Positions 39,710 to 47,262 of a stretch of 64,000 bases of DNA are shown piece by piece (the first letter of the stretch is position 1; the number at the start of each line of letters is the position of its first letter). This stretch comes from a virus. The position numbers and the translations under genes were made by a program. Where the stretch lies: IMG/VR virus record IMGVR_UViG_3300036444_000030, positions 5,965 through 69,964 of that record. One strand, 5' to 3'. Under the pieces are notes generated by a model. That model saw only the letters and a list, made by a program, of their open reading frames with translations. It was not told the origin of the DNA and searched no databases.

Positions 39710-40297
39710 CTATCCCCTGACATCTGCAAGACTGCGGCGGAGATCGGCCAGCCACCGGTTCCGTAGTGCGACACGATGGATTTCGTCGGCGATGTGTGTT
39801 TCGTAGTAACTGATGTCGCGAAGCGCTTCTTTTCGTGTTTTTACCAACCATTGGGCTCCGGTAAGTTCGACCGGTGGCTCACCAGCGTATGTGTCAATCG
39901 AGATGGTGAGCTGCTGGAGCATGAAATCGCGAATGCCTTCGGCTTCTGTTGTCCAGCCGCGGACCTTTTGCAACATGCTCTCGTAACGAGCGTTACGTTC
40001 CTTCCGCTCAGCTTCCCGCTGTTCAAAATTAGCTGTGAGTTCTCTGAAATCATTGGCGGCCCGCGAGTCGCACTGCTCAGGCGTCAGATTTTCCAACACT
40101 TTGAGAAGCTCGTGTGCTGCCGTAAGACGTGTCTGATAAAACTCGACTTCCGGCTCAAACTGATCTGGAATTGGCGCATCAAAAGGAGCGTCACGCATCG
40201 TAATGCATGCTCCCATACCTCTGGCACATTGGAGAGCGAACTGCTTCAAGGTGGTGATTTCGCCGCTTTCAACGGCAGCAGTGAATCCAGTTGGCAT
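39710..40297 (-). CDS. Conserved phage hypothetical protein
   Basis: MPTGFTA...FALQCARGMGACITMRD; RBS GGAG. Confidence 0.75.
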   Translation of the reverse strand: MPTGFTAAVESGEITTLKQFALQCARGMGACITMRDAPFDAPIPDQFEPEVEFYQTRLTAAHELLKVLENLTPEQCDSRAANDFRELTANFEQREAERKERNARYESMLQKVRGWTTEAEGIRDFMLQQLTISIDTYAGEPPVELTGAQWLVKTRKEALRDISYYETHIADEIHRVALRNRWLADLRRSLADVRG

Positions 40298-40474
40298 GAA
40301 AATTCTCCGTTGAACGAACCTGTTGGGAAACCGGCATCTCTGACCTGCCGGAAACCAAAGAGGCTCATTTCGCCATCCAGCGCTCAAAGCGCCGGCCGAC
40401 GTAGAAGAGGACGCTGCTCCAGCAGAAACCGAGGATCAGATCGGGAAGATTGTTGAGGAGGGCGATGACCACGG

Positions 40475-41341
40475 TCAGCTCCCGAAGTTGGAGACGATGC
40501 CGCCGCGCGCCTTCATGACCGAGCGGATGAATGTCTTCAGTTCGGCCTGGTCAGCGACAGCGTCCTTGTTGACGTAGACCTTCGCCAGCCATGTCAGCGT
40601 CGACTTGTCGGAGAACCAACCCTGCAGGTTCTTCTTGTAGGTCTTGCTCGGGATTTCAGCGTAGGCGTAGAGCGGCTTGCCCTGCGGATCGACAGCATCG
40701 TCGAAGTCCCGGTCGTTGACGCCGACCAGTGACAAGCTTTCGCCGTAGAACTCGTCAGCCGATCGAACCAGTGTGTTGCCGAGTGCTGCCGGCACCAACA
40801 TGCAGGTCGTCTGCTCGTTGCTCACCGAGGATAGTGCAATATCACCGGACTCGTCAGTCTGACGGACCGGAGCATAATCAGCGTCTTCCGAAATGAAGTT
40901 CTGCCAGATGAGCCAAGCGCCCGACCCACGTTCGCCGAGTGTAATCGAATACTTCTTCGGGTCGCTCTCGAGGTCGCCTATGTCGTCGACTCCTGAGTTC
41001 TTGCCGCAGAGCGCGTGCAGATATTCACGGTGAAGATCGGCGACGGGTACGAACTTGGCAGCATTGGCCGGCTCGGTGCGCTTGAGATAGGCCAGTCCGT
41101 CAGGCTGACCAACGAAGGCATCGCATTTGCCCTGAAGGCTGAGCTGGATGTTGCCCCAGGTACCACCCGTGTCTTTGACAACGTCAACGGTCAGGCCTGC
41201 TCCTTTCGCTTCGGCGCGGATCATTTCACCCGCTGCGGCATAGGGCTGGTCGGCGGCGCCAGTGCAAAGCGTAAGTGCGGCGGCCGGACTGGTGAACATG
41301 CAAGCGAGCGCGAGCGCCGCTCCGATGAAAAGCTTCCTCAT
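40475..41341 (-). CDS. TAXI-family TRAP solute-binding-like periplasmic protein
   Basis: Signal peptide; CTG...Y, TGGT..N, QPD, LHREYLH, GERGSG motifs. Confidence 0.75.
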   Translation of the reverse strand: MRKLFIGAALALACMFTSPAAALTLCTGAADQPYAAAGEMIRAEAKGAGLTVDVVKDTGGTWGNIQLSLQGKCDAFVGQPDGLAYLKRTEPANAAKFVPVADLHREYLHALCGKNSGVDDIGDLESDPKKYSITLGERGSGAWLIWQNFISEDADYAPVRQTDESGDIALSSVSNEQTTCMLVPAALGNTLVRSADEFYGESLSLVGVNDRDFDDAVDPQGKPLYAYAEIPSKTYKKNLQGWFSDKSTLTWLAKVYVNKDAVADQAELKTFIRSVMKARGGIVSNFGS

Positions 41342-41376
41342 GTTGTCTCCTGTTGGGTTGAATTGTCGGTTGGAAG

Positions 41377-41790
41377 TCATCGTATGCTCCGCACCGGTCT
41401 GAGGTTGCGGCCGGTCGCCCCGCGCTTGGCGGGATAGCTGCGGATTGCATGACGAACGGTGGTATGGTCACGACTGCCGAGGTAGGCGCCGATCTCGACA
41501 AGGCTCGACGTGGTTCTGCGGACCATCCAATAGCAGCAGGCCTGCCGCACGAGGACGACGTGCCTTTGCATGCGGTCGCTCGTTATCAGGTCGGCAGAAA
41601 GCCCTGTACGCCTGCAGAACAGTGCGAGGATGCGTTCCTTCGTCGTCATCAGGCGCGTAGGCTCGACGACGGGTGCGGCCAACTTCGGTTTCGCGGCTAT
41701 GTTGACGACCTTGGGTGCGCCGTAGATGCGCCGACGGACATCGGCATAGCGCGCCAGCAGCTCCTCGGCTGTTTTTGGTTCAGGGCTCAT
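41377..41790 (-). CDS. DnaA C-terminal (domain IV-like) HTH protein
   Basis: RQACCY...SLVEIGAYLGSRDHTTVRHA. Confidence 0.88.
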   Translation of the reverse strand: MSPEPKTAEELLARYADVRRRIYGAPKVVNIAAKPKLAAPVVEPTRLMTTKERILALFCRRTGLSADLITSDRMQRHVVLVRQACCYWMVRRTTSSLVEIGAYLGSRDHTTVRHAIRSYPAKRGATGRNLRPVRSIR

Positions 41791-42300
41791 AGCAGCCCCA
41801 TGATCGAGGCAGCCGAGGCGACGGAGAGGGTGAGGAGTAACGTCACCGTGCTTTCGATCACCGCGTTGATGCGATCTGCTGCGCCCCGATGACGGTCGAA
41901 ACAGGCGGTCGCACGTTCGAGAAGTAACTGTGCGTCGCGGACATCGCGTTTAAGGCTCATCACTGATCCCTCTCGAAACGGCCGCTGAGCACGCCAAAGA
42001 GGAATGCGGTCAGAGCGCCGGTTGCGAATGCGTAAAGAAGCATGCTCATTTCGAATTCCTCGTAAAACGTGAAAGTCAGGGCGCGAAATTGAGCCGCCCG
42101 GCTGCAAGCTGACGAGCAATGCGGCTATTCTGCCTCGTTGACGAATGCGGATACTTTCGACCCGTGCGACGGGTTTTCGGGCGGCTGAAATCGGCTGCCC
42201 GGTGCAGTGGAACGACCTGCATGCCGCGCGCCAAGTCGATAGTGGAGCCCAACGAGGCGAGGAGGGCGGTTGCTGCGGAAAAAATCGATCGTCTCATCAT
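41787..42300 (-). CDS. Short hypothetical ORFs (41787-41960, about 41957-42049, 42076-42300)
   Basis: RBS-preceded ATGs downstream of a leftward promoter near 42335-42363. Confidence 0.5.
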
Positions 42301-42436
42301 GGTCACGTCTCCTTTGAATTTCACGTTTAATGAGCAATATTGCACGATATTGCAGGAAGTCAATCGAGAAGTGAAAATAATTGATATTTCTCCGAGGCCC
42401 CGGTATCCCTATTTCTCCGAGGGCAGGGAGACAGGG

Positions 42437-42907
42437 ATGATCAGATTTCTCCGAGGTGCGCTTGTTGTCGCACTTCTCGCAAGTTGCACGTCAACGCCGG
42501 GCACCGTGGATGATGTCCACACCGGTATGAAGGGCAAGCACTCCGCTTTCTATTCCGTTCATACAGGCCTTCTGGACAACCTGAACGCAGCGGCAATTAT
42601 AGGCACTCAGAAAGGTGTTACCAAATACGGGATCGCCGTCCGCTACACGTCAACCGGCGTCGGATGGGCATCCTTCCATGAAGCCTGGTCCTTCGGTGAA
42701 AAGTTACCCTATGCTGTAGTACGCGAGCAGTTGGCTGGCTGCGGCGGTGGAAATTGTTCGATCATTGAAGAGGGGTCGATCGAATTGACCAAGGACCAGT
42801 TCGAGCAAGCCGCTAAGACAGGTTTCGAATTCAAACTAGTCGGCAAAAACCGCAGCTTTGTGGCTAAAATGCCTGCATCGGTGTTTCAGGAGGCCTTGGC
42901 CCAATGA
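42437..42907 (+). CDS. Moron lipoprotein, 156 aa
   Basis: MIRFLRGALVVALLASC lipobox; RBS GGAG; opposite strand to the flanking early genes. Confidence 0.82.
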   Translation: MIRFLRGALVVALLASCTSTPGTVDDVHTGMKGKHSAFYSVHTGLLDNLNAAAIIGTQKGVTKYGIAVRYTSTGVGWASFHEAWSFGEKLPYAVVREQLAGCGGGNCSIIEEGSIELTKDQFEQAAKTGFEFKLVGKNRSFVAKMPASVFQEALAQ

Positions 42908-43392
42908 TGAGATTTCTCCGAGGGGTTTTTCTGGCAACAGTTGTTTCCACTTCCGCCTTGGCGGCGGAGCCATTCTCGGCATCAGATTTTTCGCCCATGG
43001 TCAAATTTTCGGTGGACGGTCCCGCTCATGATCCTGCCTTCCTTTCAAAGATGGCGAACATTCTCGTGAAGTATGGGGCCACCGAGGACGACGCATATGC
43101 GACCATTAAAACACTTCTTCCTTTTGATCCGGCAGATATGAGCAACCTCGTACTTGCCTCGGGACTGCTAAGTGCAATGGACCGAACCTCCACGAGAACG
43201 GCGTCGCGCCGTGTTGCGAAAGCGTTTTCCGGTGACGTGGATGGCGTGAGGGCGCTGGATGACGAACTGAATTTCTTGACGGCCGACCAGTACACCGAAA
43301 TGAAAAAACTGGAAGACGCCGGCGCGATACAAGGCGCAAAAAGGTTGGCCCTAGGTCTCTTGGTGAAGAGACTGGAAACAGCTTTCGAGTGA
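42904..43392 (+). CDS. Exported protein homologous to a segment of the tape measure protein
   Basis: Sec signal MMRFLRGVFLATVVSTSALA; 22/29 identical core to the tape measure segment encoded at 10797-10883. Confidence 0.85.
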   Translation: MMRFLRGVFLATVVSTSALAAEPFSASDFSPMVKFSVDGPAHDPAFLSKMANILVKYGATEDDAYATIKTLLPFDPADMSNLVLASGLLSAMDRTSTRTASRRVAKAFSGDVDGVRALDDELNFLTADQYTEMKKLEDAGAIQGAKRLALGLLVKRLETAFE

Positions 43393-43687
43393 TATGTAGA
43401 TTTCTCCTAGGTGCAGATTTCTCCGAGGGCGTTTTAACGTAGTCGGATACAGGTGTTGTAGAGCGACCGGTTTTTCGCGACGAAATCCGCCATGATATGT
43501 GATAACATAACACATGAAATAAAAATTTCACGATAGAGTTGAAATTTATTTTCTTAGATGATAGGGCTTGTAATATGCGCCGATTTGCGTTTCCCTAATC
43601 GTGCCGTGACGGAGTCGCGGTGCGGGTTGAGAGCCGCCAAATTGGAGCGCACAAGCGCCTTAGAGAACCGTCTACGGGCGCTTTTTC

Positions 43688-43768
43688 TATGGTCGGGCGC
43701 AATGGGAAGCCGTGAGGCTTGCCGGTACTCCAATTCCGGTCTCTCAACCCGTTGACGCCCGGCCACCA
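43688..43768 (+). ncRNA. C4-type antisense RNA (P1 C4 / P4 CI family)
   Basis: ATGGTCGGGCG...CGCCCGGCCACC closing stem; AGCC-GTGA-GGCT hairpin; CTCCAATT and CTCTCAACCC complementary to flanking target boxes. Confidence 0.85.
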
Positions 43769-43814
43769 CGATTGAGAGCGTGGAACCGGGTTCACCTCAA
43801 TTGGAGAACTCACT

Positions 43815-44357
43815 ATGCAAAACGTTCTTATCCCTGCAGAGTCCCTCATTGATTTTGACGATGAGCCGCGTCTTCTCGATACCGAATTGGCTTCCCATCT
43901 CGAATTCAAACGTTCGTACGATATCCGGGAACTAATCAACCGCAATCGAGAGGAGCTTGGGATGTACGGCCCACTACCCGTACGGCGCGGGCAGTCTAGA
44001 GGGCAAGCATTCACGGCCTATTATCTAAACGAAGGGCAGGCGCTTGTAATATGCGCACTATCCCGCACGCCGAAGGCCGCGCAAGTCCGCAAGCTCCTGA
44101 TTGACGTTTTCATGGCATACCGGCAGGGCAAACTTGTTCACGTCAAAGAACATCGCCGTTCATTGCCGCAACGGCGACGGAATCAAATCCAATTCTCATT
44201 TGAGGAGAACTTGGAGACGGTTTACGCCAGCACTCAATCCACCGAAGAACTCATGGCCGGGCTCATGACGCGGCTGCAAAATCTGGAAATAGCGGCCTTT
44301 GGCGAACCTCAGAACGCACGGCAGATTGTGCCCACGGGTCACATCAGGGGCTACTAA
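43815..44357 (+). CDS. Antirepressor-like DNA-binding protein
   Basis: IRELINRN.EEL, YYLNEGQALVIC..SRTPKAAQVR..LIDVF; directly after the C4 RNA. Confidence 0.78.
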   Translation: MQNVLIPAESLIDFDDEPRLLDTELASHLEFKRSYDIRELINRNREELGMYGPLPVRRGQSRGQAFTAYYLNEGQALVICALSRTPKAAQVRKLLIDVFMAYRQGKLVHVKEHRRSLPQRRRNQIQFSFEENLETVYASTQSTEELMAGLMTRLQNLEIAAFGEPQNARQIVPTGHIRGY

Positions 44358-44542
44358 TGGAGACGAGCCTATTGCGAGTCGGCGACGTGTCGAAAGTCAC
44401 CACGTTATCCCGCGCCGAGATTTACCGTCGCATTCGTGCGGGAACCTTTCCCAAACAAACCCGCATCTCGTGGCGGTTTGCAGTCTGGAAAAGCAGCGAC
44501 ATTGAGAAATGGATTGCTGAAACCACGGACCAATCAAAATAG
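44357..44542 (+). CDS. AlpA-family regulator / excisionase-like protein
   Basis: LLRV.DV...T.LSRAEIYRRI..GTFPK...AVW..SDIEKWI. Confidence 0.9.
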   Translation: METSLLRVGDVSKVTTLSRAEIYRRIRAGTFPKQTRISWRFAVWKSSDIEKWIAETTDQSK

Positions 44543-44546
44543 ACTA

Positions 44547-44576
44547 AGCCCGGCCTTTGAAGCCGGGCTTTTCTTT
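44547..44576. terminator. Terminator between convergent units
   Basis: AAGCCCGGC-CTTTGAA-GCCGGGCTT followed by TTCTTT. Confidence 0.75.
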
Positions 44577-45750
44577 AACTCATAGCGTTCGATAGCGCCG
44601 CAAGCCCATACAACACAAGGCCAATCGACACGGGCATGAAATACCATTTCCCGCGCAAGCGTTCCCATAGACCTGGATCTGGCGCATACGTCGCTTCGCT
44701 CGAGACCATTGGCGCGGTTGCAGGCTGAACGACAGGCCGCGACACGCCCACGCTGTGCAGCGGCTTGGAGCCGCGCGACACTGCAACCTTGCAAGCCGGC
44801 ATAGGAGCGCCGGCAGCATTCGGAACAGACACAATCGCTTGCCCAGTTCCAAGTCCTGCAATGTCGGCAGCCGTGATATTGCCCGGCATGGTATCGGCTG
44901 CAGCCTTCAAGGCCTTTTGGTGGACCGGAGTCGCGCCGCGCAAGGCGTGCTGAATCCGCGTCGCCAATTGCCCGCTAATGACGTGCGGCAGGTCCGACGG
45001 CGCTTGAGTCACATAAATGAGGCCGACTCCCTTGGATCGAATTAGCCGCGTGATTTGCTCTATCCGCTGCACAATGGCCGGGCTTGCGCCGTCGAAAACC
45101 AAATGCGCTTCATCGATCAAAACCATGAGTCCAGGCGCGCCAGCGTCGCCAATCTCGCCAAGGCCGCGATAGAGCGAATCCAGCACATGCGCGACAAATG
45201 CACCATAGAGGCCGGGCAGGTGGGTTAGTCCTGAGGCCGCATAGACCGTTATAGCTTTCGTGTCGCGTGGATCATGCCGGGCATTGCCGAACGCCCACGT
45301 AGCGCCGCGCTCGAGACGCAACATGGCACGTTGAACGGCAGCAACCGAAACAGGCGATATCAGGCCATAGGAGTCGGAAAGGTTCGCCCGCGTGGCGTCA
45401 TTCAATAGCTGGCGCAAGTCCTGCAGCGTGGCGACGGCGCGGCCGATATCTTCCGCCCATGCAAGGGCAATCGCCAACGCGCCCGCTTGCGCCTCAGACA
45501 GATTAAGGGCACGTGCGATCAAGTCCGCCCCCAAATCATCGATGCGCATTTGCGGGCATATCAGAGTTGAGCCTAGCGACTCCAAGTCGCCTTTCGCGTC
45601 CAGCACCAAAACCGGACACGGGCAGCGTTCCGCGATCGCTCCTAGTGTCGTGGTTTTACCCGTGCCCGTAGCGCCAAAAATGCCGACATGGCGCGACAGA
45701 TACCGATATGGAATCTGTGCGCCTGGTCCGATGGAAAGGGCGTAAGTCAT
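44575..45750 (-). CDS. HerA/FtsK-like ATPase (DUF853-like) with C-terminal membrane helix
   Basis: GATGTGKT, DAKGDL, IDEAHLVF, RLIRSKGVG...TQ.P.DLP, RIQHALR. Confidence 0.88.
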   Translation of the reverse strand: MTYALSIGPGAQIPYRYLSRHVGIFGATGTGKTTTLGAIAERCPCPVLVLDAKGDLESLGSTLICPQMRIDDLGADLIARALNLSEAQAGALAIALAWAEDIGRAVATLQDLRQLLNDATRANLSDSYGLISPVSVAAVQRAMLRLERGATWAFGNARHDPRDTKAITVYAASGLTHLPGLYGAFVAHVLDSLYRGLGEIGDAGAPGLMVLIDEAHLVFDGASPAIVQRIEQITRLIRSKGVGLIYVTQAPSDLPHVISGQLATRIQHALRGATPVHQKALKAAADTMPGNITAADIAGLGTGQAIVSVPNAAGAPMPACKVAVSRGSKPLHSVGVSRPVVQPATAPMVSSEATYAPDPGLWERLRGKWYFMPVSIGLVLYGLAALSNAMS

Positions 45751-46560
45751 TACCGCCCCCAACGTCTGACTTGCGCGGCAACGTCTCGGCCCTGAATAAC
45801 AAGGGGTTCGCCTGTCAATTCAACACGAAAAATGGCAACGCAGCGGGTGCCGGAACAATCTGTCTCGGATAGTTCCCAGTTGGACGGGAAAACCGCTTTA
45901 CCGGTATCCGTCGCTTTCCAGAGACGTTCAGGGTTGTTGCAGGGGAACGCTATTTTCATATCTGACCATGGCAAGGCTATATCTCTGACTCCGTTGGCGT
46001 GAAATTCCCGCAACGGCCGGATTGCGCCAGCCGTTCAAGGAACGTCACGCCGTGGCGTAGTCGCTCATGCTTTGGTGAAGGAAGGCGGGCAGGGCGGTTT
46101 CATCGCTTGACTCGTCCGCTGCGTCATATTGATCGCGCCATGTGGTGGCGTCGTCGCCCTGCAAAAAGAATTCGCGTCCGTCCGCTTCATTGGTGACGGC
46201 ATAGGCCAGCCCATTGCCATATGAGGTGATAGCGAAGTTTGCGATATGCCAAGTTACCTGTTTCATGGTTGCCCCTCAATCGGCCATGCCGTCATGGCGT
46301 TGATAGTGGTGCGGGTTTTCGGCCATGGCCGAAGGGTCCGAGTCTTCGTTTTCCTCAATCTCGGTTTCAGCCTGGAAATGCAGCGCTGCCCGATTCAATT
46401 CGGCGAGAAAGTCCGTTTCGCTTTCCGCGCAATAGTGCATGAGGTTGCAAAGCAGGTCCGATATCGCGTCACCCTCATCAGTGCGGGTTACCCTTATAAA
46501 GGCGTCAATTGCTACCCGCGCCCATTCTGCCCGTTGTGTGTTGTCGACTTCCCGAAACAT
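45750..46560 (-). CDS. Three short early hypothetical ORFs (45750-46013, 46045-46266, 46276-46560)
   Basis: Tight packing with RBSs; last has AISDLLCNLMHYC motif. Confidence 0.65.
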
Positions 46561-46588
46561 TGTGTAATTCCTCTTTAAACGTGAAACT

Positions 46589-47044
46589 TTAGGCGTAAAT
46601 CTGCCCGTCGTCGCCAACGTACAAATCGATGTTGCCGAATTCCTTGCTTGCGGTATCGAGCGCGGTTGCAGCCGGTTCCGGCCAGTCGCCATCCCAAAAG
46701 CCTGCACCATGTCCGCAACGCGTTAGCCAAAAATCATGACCTGCCATGGCGGCTTCACGTGCTGCAATCGAGCCTTCAAATTCGCGGGAAAGCGGCGCGC
46801 CGTCGCAATGGATATGCTCCTTATTGGCGTCATAGAAACGGGCGCAATCCTGCAGCATGGTTTCGAGTGTGAAGCAAAACACGTCATGGATATCGTGCTC
46901 ATCTGTGATAACGGGACCTTCCGAGTCGTGGTCGCTGACGCTGGACCATAGCGCCGTGTCGACATAGGAGCGGAAAAAGTGCCATTCGGCGGTGTGACCG
47001 GAAACCGGCCTATCGGCGCGCATTGCTTCAAGTGTGCTTGTCAT
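46589..47044 (-). CDS. Conserved early hypothetical protein
   Basis: YVDTALWSS, AGHDFWLTRCGHGAGFWDGDW motif. Confidence 0.75.
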   Translation of the reverse strand: MTSTLEAMRADRPVSGHTAEWHFFRSYVDTALWSSVSDHDSEGPVITDEHDIHDVFCFTLETMLQDCARFYDANKEHIHCDGAPLSREFEGSIAAREAAMAGHDFWLTRCGHGAGFWDGDWPEPAATALDTASKEFGNIDLYVGDDGQIYA

Positions 47045-47045
47045 T

Positions 47046-47261
47046 TTAAATATCCCCTTTTTCAATGATGCGGCGAATATAGGCGGCGAAGTACCGCCCA
47101 CGACTCCCGTTTGCATTCTTGGGCTGCCGATATTTCACGGAGTCGGCGGCGCGAACGACGGCGTCTTTGCTAGCCGTGCTCATAGCGTGGAAATCTTCGA
47201 GCGGGTTGAAACCGAATGTCGACGCCAAAGCCCGCGCTTCCCAGTAAGTGAGACGTGCCAT
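47046..47261 (-). CDS. Small early hypothetical protein
   Basis: RBS GGAGG; DFH...YRQPKNANGSRGRYF. Confidence 0.7.
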   Translation of the reverse strand: MARLTYWEARALASTFGFNPLEDFHAMSTASKDAVVRAADSVKYRQPKNANGSRGRYFAAYIRRIIEKGDI

Positions 47262-47262
47262 T

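Larger units (their letters stand above)
42386..43428 (+). repeat. Six direct copies of ATTTCTCCGAGG (42386, 42411, 42445, 42912, 43400 with one mismatch, 43417)
   Basis: Read directly from the sequence. Confidence 0.92.

Noticed and set aside
42386-43428. CRISPR array from the ATTTCTCCGAGG repeats
   Set aside because: Repeats are only 12 bp with spacing from 17 to about 490 bp, two lie in coding starts, and there is no cas operon
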